In this document: positions 7,035 to 17,301 of the stretch, in pieces | Layout of the letters: every line of letters begins with the position of its first letter | How positions within the stretch are numbered: position 1 is the first letter of the stretch | Virus record (IMG/VR): IMGVR_UViG_3300036453_000035 | Coordinates: 1 to 30,242 of that record | DNA from: a virus | Lineage: Duplodnaviria > Caudoviricetes | Direction: 5' to 3' (one strand) | Length of the DNA stretch: 30,242 nucleotides | Notes under the pieces: generated by a model | Told to the model about the DNA's origin: nothing | Seen by the model: the letters and a program-made list of their open reading frames with translations, nothing else | Databases searched by the model: none | Made by a program: the position numbers and the translations under genes

Positions 7035-10000
7035 ATGACATACAAAAGAATATCTGGTGGAGAAAAAAATATAAAATCTGGTCAAAAATGGTCAAAGGAA
7101 GAAATAATTAAAGTGTATTATCTTTTTAAGAAACTAAATGGGCTTGGATTACATGAGCATAATCCTGAGATTCAAAAATTAGCTGAAGAATTAGATAGAA
7201 CTGTTAGGTCAACGGAGGCACAAGCGCTAATGTTTAGGTCTTTAGAAAGATTAGGTATTTATAGCCATGGTAACATGAATAAATTAAGTATTCAAGTTTG
7301 GAATGAATATGAATTAAAAAGAAATTTTCAAACAGTGATGTCTTTCGATGATATTCAAGATATAAGTGAATCTCAGCCTTTAATTCAATTTCCAGATTTA
7401 AATATAGATACGCAAAGTGATACGTATAAAAATTCAATTATTAATCCAGATTATATCTCAATCGTAGTCGATGATGAAGATACTGCAGCCTTAATTTTCA
7501 GTTATAAAAAATGGAATAAATTACTTATCGATTATTTTTTTAACTCCAAAAACGAGGGAAAAGAAGTCCCATGTTTTTTTGTATATGAAGAATTGTTTAA
7601 TGAAATTTCAGACTTTCGATATACATTGGCAGATTTCGAATTATCAATAGAAAAAGAGTTAAGATCTAAATTATTTTCAGACAAATTTATTGAATTATAT
7701 AAATCAAGTAGACCGCAATTAATTGACGGAAGAAATTTAAGAAAACAAACCCCGGAGTATTTTGGTTTATTAGTATATCTAATTTTAAGCCTAAGTAAAG
7801 AACAAAGTGAATCCTTAAGTATCACAAATGTTTATGCACGAATAAATAATATTGGAAAAAATAGATTTAAAAATAAATGGAGTGATATCAATACAGAATT
7901 TGCAAGGGATATTTTAGAATTGGTTTGGTTTGATTTAGAAGATTGGTCAAAAAATTATAAAGTTAAGAAACTAGGTTATTTTAGTGTGCAAGACCCAAAA
8001 AGTCAGCAAAGAAAATATGTATCAAGAATAGAAAGACATGGGATATTCAATTCAGGTCATTTCCGTCAGTTATTTGATGTACTGATTGAAATTGGAATAG
8101 CTCCCAAGGAAAATATTTCTGCGAATAAATGGTTAGAAATATTTAAAGAACATAAAAAGAGAATTGGTAATTCTGAAAATATTATTGAATATTTAAAAGA
8201 AGACTCCGGACTAAAGAACGCTATATTAAAATTTATAAATGACTATTATCAAAATAATTTTAATGATGCGATCATTTCTTCTCATTCAGGGAATATTCGA
8301 AAACCATCTATTCCATTGCTTTTTTGTTTAAAAGAGTTACCCCTATGGGATAATAAAGTAGTAACAGAGGATATTTATTTCAGGGCCTTTTCAAATGAAT
8401 TGGAAGAAGATATTATTAAATATAAAGGTGCTGATTTATCTGTTGAACATGAATATAAAGAGTACTCAAAAAAAATAACGTTTGACTGGATACCTGAAGT
8501 AGATTATTCAATTATTAAGGGAGATTGTCAAAGGTATTCTATTAAAGGTATATTTAAATGGCTTATTTATAACAGAGATTTAGAAGAGTGGGTTGAAGTA
8601 TTGGTTCCTACTAATGCAATTAATTTTCTTTTATTAGTTAATAAGGAAAAACTTAATTTGATTAAAGAAACAATTATTGCTGATCCTGAGTTTTTTGAAA
8701 CGCCCTGGTTAGATTATCAGTTTATTAAATTTGAAAACTTAAAAGAAACTCAATTTAATCAGTTAAATAATTTACTTGGTTATAGACAGATAATAGAGGG
8801 GAAAATTGAACTAGTGGGAAATTTTTTACTTGACCGAAGAAGGCTTATTTTGAAAGAATTTGAAAGTTCATTCAAATATTTAGGACCAGTAGCGAATCCA
8901 CAATTAATTGCCAAGTGTGAAGGAAATAATCAAGAATGGGAATTAACAAAGGATCCAAATGAAAAAGAGGGATTATTTACACTTGGAAGAGACATCCCTG
9001 AGAATGTAAAATTCTTTATTTATGAAAGTAAGTCAAATGTAAAAAGTCACTTCTCGTATGAAATTGGTGAATTAAGGTACAGAGAACCCATTAATGTTGT
9101 TCGACCATATTCAAAAGATCAAGATGGTGTAAATATAATTGAAACAGAGATTCAATCGGATGATATATTCGATATACCAAAGAACTTTAGTAGAGAAGAT
9201 TTTAACCCTGTTAATTTCAATACATGGCACAACAACTTATGGGAGATTTTCAAATCTGGTGACACTGATTATATTACAAGGAACACGAACATTATTAATT
9301 ACAGCAAGGATCATAATGGAGAAAAATTGTTAAATTATTTGGCGGTTACTAATTCCATTAAAACATACGAATTTGTTACCCTTATCAAAGAACTAAACCC
9401 TCAGATAAGCAGTCAGTTTAGTAAAAGAATAATGCATTATTGGAGAGACTTGGGCTACATTAATTTTCAGACTTATGGAGAAATAATTAGAGTTTCTCCT
9501 TCTACATTATTTTTTATTGAATCACCAAAAGGATTAAAAGCATTTCTAACCGGTTTTAGAAGCAGTGGATTTATAGAAAAGTTAGTTGCTGTATGTAAAG
9601 AACTAAATTTGATAGTTCAATTGACAAGTCATAGTGATACTGAAATGGAAACATTGCCCTACAGAATTGAAATTTATGATAAATTAGGTGATTTAGACAC
9701 GTTTAAGAAGCTTGCTCAAAAAACAGGAATTGAGTATGTTAATAATATAAAAAATCCTTTAAATAGTAATTACGCAATTTACCAATTAGCCTGTTTTTAT
9801 ACACAAAGATCAATTGGCGAACTTGACAACTATTTAAGCACAAAACTTCCATACACGACTGATCACCATAGAAAATTAGTTTTTGATCCAAAAAATTACA
9901 GTTGGAAAGAATCTACTAGAACTGTGAGTTCTATCGAAGGAGCAGCTCTTATTCGCTACGACGGCTTTAAGGATCGTCAAATGATCCATATTTTTAAAGA

Positions 10001-10292
10001 TGAAAATGGGACGAAAGTTCTAGATGATTATGCATTATGCAGTTTCAGACTGATTGAAAACAAAGTTTTTCTTCAAAAAAGGAACGGTGTTCATCCTATT
10101 TCTGATTTTTATGTCCCATTAAATATAAGGCTACCATTTTGGATTGAAAGAGGCTTGCTTTTAATTAATGCAAGAATACCTGTTTTAAAAACTTATCAAA
10201 ACAAATCTTATCGCGTATATGAAAATATACATAATAACATAATACAATTAATTGAAGGCAAATTAAATCAGCAATGTAATATTATAAACTAA
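7035..10292 (+). CDS. Large hypothetical protein, DruH-like partner of the DUF1998 helicase
   Basis: 1085-aa ORF abutting the helicase (TAA-ATG). Size and position match the Druantia III partner gene; no catalytic motif recognised. Confidence 0.6.
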   Translation: MTYKRISGGEKNIKSGQKWSKEEIIKVYYLFKKLNGLGLHEHNPEIQKLAEELDRTVRSTEAQALMFRSLERLGIYSHGNMNKLSIQVWNEYELKRNFQTVMSFDDIQDISESQPLIQFPDLNIDTQSDTYKNSIINPDYISIVVDDEDTAALIFSYKKWNKLLIDYFFNSKNEGKEVPCFFVYEELFNEISDFRYTLADFELSIEKELRSKLFSDKFIELYKSSRPQLIDGRNLRKQTPEYFGLLVYLILSLSKEQSESLSITNVYARINNIGKNRFKNKWSDINTEFARDILELVWFDLEDWSKNYKVKKLGYFSVQDPKSQQRKYVSRIERHGIFNSGHFRQLFDVLIEIGIAPKENISANKWLEIFKEHKKRIGNSENIIEYLKEDSGLKNAILKFINDYYQNNFNDAIISSHSGNIRKPSIPLLFCLKELPLWDNKVVTEDIYFRAFSNELEEDIIKYKGADLSVEHEYKEYSKKITFDWIPEVDYSIIKGDCQRYSIKGIFKWLIYNRDLEEWVEVLVPTNAINFLLLVNKEKLNLIKETIIADPEFFETPWLDYQFIKFENLKETQFNQLNNLLGYRQIIEGKIELVGNFLLDRRRLILKEFESSFKYLGPVANPQLIAKCEGNNQEWELTKDPNEKEGLFTLGRDIPENVKFFIYESKSNVKSHFSYEIGELRYREPINVVRPYSKDQDGVNIIETEIQSDDIFDIPKNFSREDFNPVNFNTWHNNLWEIFKSGDTDYITRNTNIINYSKDHNGEKLLNYLAVTNSIKTYEFVTLIKELNPQISSQFSKRIMHYWRDLGYINFQTYGEIIRVSPSTLFFIESPKGLKAFLTGFRSSGFIEKLVAVCKELNLIVQLTSHSDTEMETLPYRIEIYDKLGDLDTFKKLAQKTGIEYVNNIKNPLNSNYAIYQLACFYTQRSIGELDNYLSTKLPYTTDHHRKLVFDPKNYSWKESTRTVSSIEGAALIRYDGFKDRQMIHIFKDENGTKVLDDYALCSFRLIENKVFLQKRNGVHPISDFYVPLNIRLPFWIERGLLLINARIPVLKTYQNKSYRVYENIHNNIIQLIEGKLNQQCNIIN

Positions 10293-13200
10293 ATGATAAA
10301 CCCATTAGGAATTTTTGAAAAAGTAAAAGAAGGATATATATCATATATTAAAACGGCTTTTGGTACGCGTTATGAGGAATTTGAAAGTAATAGAGAAAAC
10401 TTACTTAATACGGATAAAGTTTTATACAGACAACCGTGGATAGAACCTTTGCTTGAATATAAAAGTGCAGAAGGAAAGGAGATTGAGAATATAACGCAAA
10501 ACGATCTATCTGAATTTACAAAAGAACAGGTGGAACTTTTTAAAGGGTTTGTTTCTAAAGGGTTATTTACAGGAAATTTTCCATTATATGAGCATCAATT
10601 TAGAATGCTGCAGTCTGCATTAGAGGGAAATAATTGTGTTATTACTTCTGGAACAGGTTCTGGTAAAACAGAAGCTTTTTTACTTCCTTTGATAGCATAT
10701 TTACTTAAAGACTTATCAAAATATATTTGCTCTACGGCAAGTGTTAATGAAACTGGCCCACATACAAAAGGAGAAGGGAACAAAAAAAATATAGTTCTTG
10801 AAGGTGATAATGCTAAATTAAGCGATCGAGTGTTACAGCGATCTAATGAAAATCGTCCACAAGTAATGAAAGCACTGATTGTTTATCCAATGAATGCTCT
10901 TGTTGAAGATCAGCTTACTAGATTAAGAATGACATTAGATAATGATGACATTCGTAAATTTTGTGATGATAAACTAAAGGGGAATAGATTATTTTTTGGA
11001 AGATATAATAGCACTACTCCGGTTTCCGGTAGTCTCTCAAAGAGAAATGATAATGATGAAATTGTTAGAAATGAATCTAAATGGCAACAATTGGCCACAG
11101 AGCTAAGTAATATTCAAAAAACTTACGATGAAATTGAGGAATATTTGATCTCAAAAGAAGGCCAAAAATTATCAGATAAAGAAAAATTAGAGTTGAAAAC
11201 TAATTTTCAAAGATTGGACGGAGCGGAGATGCGATCACGATTTGATATGCATCAAACTCCACCAGATATTTTAATTACCAACTTTTCGATGCTTAGTATT
11301 GTTCTTATGAGAGCCATAGAGAGCGGAATGCTGGAAGAGACTAAAAAATGGTTAGAATGCACTACAGATTGGGATTTAAAAAATTTAAATGATGAACAAA
11401 GAATAATAGAAAAAGAAGGAAGAATTTTTCATATTGTAATTGATGAGCTTCACTTGTATCGTGGTACTCCAGGTACTGAGATTTCGTATTTATTAAGACT
11501 TTTATATTCTAGATTAGGTTTAGACCCGTCTTCATCAAAAGTGAGATTTTTGGCTTCTTCTGCATCATTAGATGGACAAGAAGGAAGTCAGGAATATGAA
11601 GATAGTCAATCATTTCTTAAAGGCTTTTTTGGAATAAATAAAGAGATGAAGGTTATTGATGGTTCATACAAATTGCCAAAGGAAATCAAAGAACCTATCG
11701 AGCCATCAAACTATATTAAATTGGCGGAATTAGCTTCTGAAATTTCCAGTTCAGATGAAGAGGCCTTTATAAGTGAGTTGGCTGTAAAAGTGGATGAATG
11801 GTTGCATTGCAGCATTGATGAAGGGATTCCTCAACTATTAAAAGAAGTAAATTTAGATGAGAACTTAAATTCACAGTTAATTTTTGCTTTTAAGTCTTTG
11901 GATGAGGGGGCAAAAAGTTATCGTTTTAGACCTTTTCCGGTATTCAACAAGGAAAATGATGAGGATAAAACAAAACAATTTATTTCCTTAGGAAGACAAT
12001 TATTTGGGCATTTAGAAAATGATAAACAAATTTATAAAGCTATAAAAGGTCTTCTATTGATTCGAGGGTTATTTGATACAAAATATGGCAAAGGAATAGG
12101 GAAATGTAATTTACCTCGATTTAGGATGCATTTTTTTATTCGTAATATAGAAGGTCTGTGGACCACATTAAAAAACGATGATGGAGGAGAACTCAGTAAG
12201 GACAGAAATGAAGATCCATTTGATGAATTATTAGAGTTTTCAAGTATTAAACATAATAAGAAAAGAGTTTTTGAATCACTTTATTGTGAAAATTGTGGAA
12301 CTACATTTGTAGGAGGGACCAAAATAAAATATTCAGACAGAGGGATAATAAAAGATGAAATTATCACGACTCCACCAGAAATTGAGAGTATTCCAGAAAA
12401 ATCACAGTCGGCTATGGTAGAAAGGCGTACAGAGCAGGATTATGCTGTTTTTTGGCCAAAATATTTTGAGGGAGATGAAATTATTACGGATTTATTGGAA
12501 GAAAAAATATGGGAGATAAGGTATTTAGGAAATAATGATGGAAAACTTTATTTAAACCGAAAACCCAATACTGTAGAAGGGTTATATTTTAATCCCAATG
12601 GAGGTGATAAACTATCAAATGATGCTGGAACGGCCTTACCACATAGTTGTCCTAATTGTGCCGCAGATTATCAATATCGTAAGAAAAGAAAATCACCTGT
12701 TAGAGGGTTTAGAACTGGTTTTGGCAAAACAAATCAAATATTAGCGAAGGAGTTATTTACTGCCATACCAGACACGGAAAAACAACCAAGAAAATTAGTC
12801 GCTTTTTCTGATAGTAGAGAGGAGTCTGCAAGATTTGCTAATGATATTGAAAAGGAGAATTATAACCAGATTATTAAAGAATTATTATTAGCGCAACGTG
12901 ATGAGACTATATTAGCAAAGGAATTGTTGATTTCAATCAGGAACAAAGATGGAAGTCGTACGAAGTCACTATTATCTAAAATGGATAAAGTATATGCGTC
13001 TAGAATTAATAAGGCATACAAGAGCATTAATGATGATGATGGGTTTGAACCTGATATCGAGGATATAAATTTTATTTCAGACGTAGAAAGTTCAACTATC
13101 CAGTTGGAGGATTTAGTTGATAAAATCATTTTTGGGTTGGTTAAAAAAGGAATTAATCCTGCAGGTCCTGCTTCTTCTAAAGAGCATTTAGAAGTTCGCG

Positions 13201-16200
13201 AGACACACCCGAAAAAGGAATATTGGAAACATTGTTTTGATTGGCAGAAATTTACTGTAAATAAAGGTAAGATAGTTGATAAGCAATCTGAACAAAAATT
13301 GATGAGTGGCATAAGATTACCTGTTTATAAAGAAATAAGCTCTTTCATTTTTGGACGTCTGTTTTATAGTATGGAATCTTCCGCTTTAGGAATGGTGAAG
13401 GTTTCAACTAATGTTAAAAACCCATTTCAACATTCAATAAGTGATATAGTTTATGAGCAGGCACTTAATTCTTTAGCTAGAATTTTGGGGGATAATTATA
13501 AACATAATCAGACGGATAGTACCTTTATTCAGAGGCAGATAAGAAGTTACGAAGATTTATCTAAAAAAAGACCTGAAAAAAAATACATAAAGAGCGTTGC
13601 TTCACATCACGGAATTGATGATCAACAATTAGGAGAAGCATTATGGAATACACTAACTAATGAAAATAATCACTATGATGGTATTTTAAAATTAGAAACA
13701 TTAGGAATTTATTTTGCTGAAGATAGTGAGATGGTTTATAAATGTAAATATTGTAATACTATCCATCTTCATCATTCTGCGGGTATTTGTAAGTCGTGTT
13801 TTAAGTTCTTGCCTAAAAATTCGAATACAACCACCAAACAAGCTAGGGAGAATAATTTCTATGCAAAGCAATTGTTAGATAATCATGAGATTGTCAGAAT
13901 GCGTTGCGAGGAATTAACAGGGCAAACTGATAATCAGCTAGAAAGGCAACGACTTTTTAAAGGAATTATAACAGGTGCAAATAAAATTGTAGAAGAAATT
14001 GATTTATTAAGTGTTACTACAACCTTAGAAGTGGGTGTTGATATTGGATCTTTGCAAGCTGTTTATCAAGGAAATATGTCTCCAATGCGTTTTAACTACC
14101 AACAAAGGGTAGGGCGAGCAGGACGGGCAGGACAAGCTTTTAATATAGCCTTAACATTTTGTAGAGGAAGAAGTCATGATGAATATTTTTTTAATAATCC
14201 GGAGAGAATGACAGGAGACCTATCTCCAGTTCCTTTTTTAAGTCAATCTCAAGATCAAATTCTTTACAGAATGGTTATTAAAGGGATCTTGCAAAAATAT
14301 TTTCTAAATTTTTCTGCCTCTGGATCTGTACACGGTCAGTTTGGTACAATTGAAGATTTCTTTAATGAAAATCATGACAATTTCAATAAGCTTAAACAAT
14401 GGATTGATGTTGAAGATAATTGGAAGGATATTTATGATTCTTTAACTTTAAATTTATTTGTTAATAATAAATTATACCTTGAATATAGCATTGATGATTT
14501 TAAACAATGGATTGAAGAAACATTTCTACAAAAATTTTTAGATATTCAAAAAGGATATGCATCTGGTGATTTATCTGAAGCAATGGCAGATTCAGGGATC
14601 TTACCGATGTCTGGAATGCCAACAGGGTTAAGAAATCTTATTGTAGGATTTGAAAAAAAATCAGAAAATAGTTTTACACCAAAAACAATAAGTCGCCCAA
14701 TTGAGAGAGCTATATTTGATTTTGCCCCAGGGGCTCAAAAAACCAAAGATAAAAGAATCTATACAAGTATTGGATTGACTCCAAACATAAGTGAAATATA
14801 TCAGGATTTTAGTGATAAAGGAGCGTGGAAAGTTCGTTGTTTTGATAATGACGCTTATAAAAATCCTGTTTGGGTTGTAGTAAATTCACAAAATAATATT
14901 TTACGGACTCTACAATATACTGAAGGTGAATCAGCAAATGATGAAATTGATGAAAATTGTGAAAGAGCATATTTAGTTGTTTCTCCAAATGCCTTTAGAA
15001 CGGATTGGAGTAACGAACCACAAGACAGGGAGGTAGATCAAGAAATTAGTACTTCAAAACCTTTATTGTTTTCTGAAGCTATTAATCCTGATGAGATAGG
15101 GAAAAAACAGGGGAATTGCATTGTTGGGGTTGCTCCAAGTGATTTTACGTGGCGATTGAATACTAATGGAGGTGAAGAGTTTAACTTTTTACAAACTACA
15201 GACAAATATTATGCAGATTTTAATAATCAATTTTTGGATTTAGGTTTAAAAAAGAAGCTAGGATTTGGTTTTAATGAGGCTATTAAAAATGGTCGAATTA
15301 ATGATAAATTATCCGATGAAAATCAAGAAGGCCAAAAATTATCTTTAGGAGCTAAAAAAATCACCAATGTAATAAGGTTACATCCTGAAAAATTAGATTT
15401 TTCATTAGATATAAACCCATTCCATTCTACAAATCAGGGAAATAAAGTTAGTTCAAAAGGAGCCTTTCATTCAGCTGCCTATTTATTACAAAGATGCTTA
15501 GCCGACCTCTTAGATGTTTCACCGGAAGAAATTGAATTGGCTGCAATTACGGAGCAAAAGCTAGACGATGTAACAGGAAGAAGCACAGGAAGAATAGTGT
15601 TATCGGATGAATTACCCAATGGGTCTGGATTTGTTGAATATCTTCATAACCATATCGATGAGTTCTTTGAAATGTGTTTAAATCCTACTAAGAAAAATAG
15701 ATATACCTTTAGTTTTATAGATAAAGAACACGCCAAAATATGTAAAGATTCTTGTTATAAAGATTTAAGAAATTATAGAAATTTAAATTATCATGGAATT
15801 CTAGATTGGAGATTGGCGGTAGGTCTGATTAGAGTTTTATCAGATACTACTTATTTAGTAGGTTTAGACGGTAATTGGGATTTTGTTGAAATTGCTGATT
15901 GGCCAGAAACGGCAGATGAATATGCAAGAGATTTTGCAATAACTTTAGGCATAGATATCATTAAAGATCCAAGTTGTTATCGTGTAATAGAAAACATTCC
16001 TATTATTTCCTACAAGAATTTTAATATTGTAATTACACATCCTTTTTGGAACACAAACAGTTTTCCAAATCCAACTGCCCTTTCAAGAGTTGTTGCTGAA
16101 TGTGAAAATTTGGATAAGGTGTTTTTTGCAGATACGTTTAATTTGAATCGAAGAATGGCTTGGTGTTATGAAGAGTTTTTCAAATGGTTAAAAAAACAGT

Positions 16201-16202
16201 AA
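10293..16202 (+). CDS. SF2 DExH-box helicase with C-terminal DUF1998 (DruE-like)
   Basis: Q motif LYEHQ, GTGSGKTE, YPMNALVEDQ, DELH, SAS, TTTLEVGVDIG, QQRVGRAGR; several CxxC pairs; C-terminal GSGF...CKDSCY. Confidence 0.9.
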   Translation: MINPLGIFEKVKEGYISYIKTAFGTRYEEFESNRENLLNTDKVLYRQPWIEPLLEYKSAEGKEIENITQNDLSEFTKEQVELFKGFVSKGLFTGNFPLYEHQFRMLQSALEGNNCVITSGTGSGKTEAFLLPLIAYLLKDLSKYICSTASVNETGPHTKGEGNKKNIVLEGDNAKLSDRVLQRSNENRPQVMKALIVYPMNALVEDQLTRLRMTLDNDDIRKFCDDKLKGNRLFFGRYNSTTPVSGSLSKRNDNDEIVRNESKWQQLATELSNIQKTYDEIEEYLISKEGQKLSDKEKLELKTNFQRLDGAEMRSRFDMHQTPPDILITNFSMLSIVLMRAIESGMLEETKKWLECTTDWDLKNLNDEQRIIEKEGRIFHIVIDELHLYRGTPGTEISYLLRLLYSRLGLDPSSSKVRFLASSASLDGQEGSQEYEDSQSFLKGFFGINKEMKVIDGSYKLPKEIKEPIEPSNYIKLAELASEISSSDEEAFISELAVKVDEWLHCSIDEGIPQLLKEVNLDENLNSQLIFAFKSLDEGAKSYRFRPFPVFNKENDEDKTKQFISLGRQLFGHLENDKQIYKAIKGLLLIRGLFDTKYGKGIGKCNLPRFRMHFFIRNIEGLWTTLKNDDGGELSKDRNEDPFDELLEFSSIKHNKKRVFESLYCENCGTTFVGGTKIKYSDRGIIKDEIITTPPEIESIPEKSQSAMVERRTEQDYAVFWPKYFEGDEIITDLLEEKIWEIRYLGNNDGKLYLNRKPNTVEGLYFNPNGGDKLSNDAGTALPHSCPNCAADYQYRKKRKSPVRGFRTGFGKTNQILAKELFTAIPDTEKQPRKLVAFSDSREESARFANDIEKENYNQIIKELLLAQRDETILAKELLISIRNKDGSRTKSLLSKMDKVYASRINKAYKSINDDDGFEPDIEDINFISDVESSTIQLEDLVDKIIFGLVKKGINPAGPASSKEHLEVRETHPKKEYWKHCFDWQKFTVNKGKIVDKQSEQKLMSGIRLPVYKEISSFIFGRLFYSMESSALGMVKVSTNVKNPFQHSISDIVYEQALNSLARILGDNYKHNQTDSTFIQRQIRSYEDLSKKRPEKKYIKSVASHHGIDDQQLGEALWNTLTNENNHYDGILKLETLGIYFAEDSEMVYKCKYCNTIHLHHSAGICKSCFKFLPKNSNTTTKQARENNFYAKQLLDNHEIVRMRCEELTGQTDNQLERQRLFKGIITGANKIVEEIDLLSVTTTLEVGVDIGSLQAVYQGNMSPMRFNYQQRVGRAGRAGQAFNIALTFCRGRSHDEYFFNNPERMTGDLSPVPFLSQSQDQILYRMVIKGILQKYFLNFSASGSVHGQFGTIEDFFNENHDNFNKLKQWIDVEDNWKDIYDSLTLNLFVNNKLYLEYSIDDFKQWIEETFLQKFLDIQKGYASGDLSEAMADSGILPMSGMPTGLRNLIVGFEKKSENSFTPKTISRPIERAIFDFAPGAQKTKDKRIYTSIGLTPNISEIYQDFSDKGAWKVRCFDNDAYKNPVWVVVNSQNNILRTLQYTEGESANDEIDENCERAYLVVSPNAFRTDWSNEPQDREVDQEISTSKPLLFSEAINPDEIGKKQGNCIVGVAPSDFTWRLNTNGGEEFNFLQTTDKYYADFNNQFLDLGLKKKLGFGFNEAIKNGRINDKLSDENQEGQKLSLGAKKITNVIRLHPEKLDFSLDINPFHSTNQGNKVSSKGAFHSAAYLLQRCLADLLDVSPEEIELAAITEQKLDDVTGRSTGRIVLSDELPNGSGFVEYLHNHIDEFFEMCLNPTKKNRYTFSFIDKEHAKICKDSCYKDLRNYRNLNYHGILDWRLAVGLIRVLSDTTYLVGLDGNWDFVEIADWPETADEYARDFAITLGIDIIKDPSCYRVIENIPIISYKNFNIVITHPFWNTNSFPNPTALSRVVAECENLDKVFFADTFNLNRRMAWCYEEFFKWLKKQ

Positions 16203-17281
16203 CAAAGCCTGACTTAATTGTGATAAATAATATTGAAAAAATAAGCCCTAGTATGCTTGCTGCTTTCGAAAAGTGCAAGTTAAAATTCGTTCTTGATAGC
16301 AATGCTAGGGAAGGGAGGGGATATAATTATGATTTTAATTCAAATTCGTTTTTGGGTACTTTAATTCATAAGGTTTTAGAGACCTATTATAAAGAATTTT
16401 ACGACTTAAAGCTATTTGATAGTAAGTGGGAAGCTGCTTTCATAGAAAATAGCCAAAAGGTTCAATTTGATTCAGAAGTTATTGATGTTTTAGAATATAT
16501 TAAATATTGGGTTTCTGGATATTATCCAAAAAAAATAAATACTCTTAAAATTCTTAGTAGCTATCCTCTTTTGGCTCATGGTATTGTTTATCCAGAAAAG
16601 AAAGTACATTTTAAAAATGTATATGGAGTTATTGACTTGTTTGAAGTAAGTGGTGATAAAGTTCGTGTTACAGACTTTAAAACAGGTGTTTTGTTCAATA
16701 CTGAAGATGGTCTCAATATAGGTGTGAAAGAAGCCTACATTGAACAATTAAAAACTTATGGATACATTATCTATCGAACTGAAGAGGTGCAACCTGAAGA
16801 CATTGAATTAGTAATTAAAGGATTGGGAAATAATGAAATGTATTCTTTCAAGTGCACTCATGAAGAATATGTCGCTCAAGGCATAAAGATTGACAACCTG
16901 ATAAATGAGACTAATAAAACTATAGATATTGGAAATACAGATGTTTTGGCAACACCGCAACCTAATATTTGTAATTTTTGTAATCATCAATTTGAATGTG
17001 CTCCTTTTCATTTCGCAATAAGAACTCAGCCAGAAAAATGGGAGAAAATAGTTTTATTAAAAAATATAAATGTAAAATTTGATTTTAGTGAGCTTTCAAT
17101 AAACATATTAGTTAATGATGGAACTACGTCTATCCATAATATCCCAGAAAAAGATTTTTTGGCAATTAAAAAAATGAATGAACTTGGTAAAGAAGTACTA
17201 ATTACTCAACTATATCAAGTTCATAATTCTAATGTAAAAAAATGGAGTAAGCTGACAAAATATAAAGAGGTTATAGCATAA
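16184..17281 (+). CDS. PD-(D/E)XK RecB/AddB-type nuclease with a probable Fe-S staple
   Basis: ISPS..FEKC, GTLIHKVLE, GVID, DFKTG, QLKTY, CNFCNHQFEC; overlaps the helicase stop by 19 bp. Confidence 0.88.
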   Translation: MVKKTVTKPDLIVINNIEKISPSMLAAFEKCKLKFVLDSNAREGRGYNYDFNSNSFLGTLIHKVLETYYKEFYDLKLFDSKWEAAFIENSQKVQFDSEVIDVLEYIKYWVSGYYPKKINTLKILSSYPLLAHGIVYPEKKVHFKNVYGVIDLFEVSGDKVRVTDFKTGVLFNTEDGLNIGVKEAYIEQLKTYGYIIYRTEEVQPEDIELVIKGLGNNEMYSFKCTHEEYVAQGIKIDNLINETNKTIDIGNTDVLATPQPNICNFCNHQFECAPFHFAIRTQPEKWEKIVLLKNINVKFDFSELSINILVNDGTTSIHNIPEKDFLAIKKMNELGKEVLITQLYQVHNSNVKKWSKLTKYKEVIA

Positions 17282-17301
17282 ACATCACTTATTGACTGTT
17301 T

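Noticed and set aside
10293-16202. DISARM, BREX or Dpd system assignment
   Set aside because: DUF1998 is fused to the helicase in one ~2000-aa protein, and no DrmA/DrmB split, PLD, PglZ or dpd genes are present
16184-17281. Cas4 / CRISPR-Cas locus
   Set aside because: The Fe-S PD-(D/E)XK motif is shared with Cas4, but no cas1/cas2 or repeat-spacer array is seen in the window
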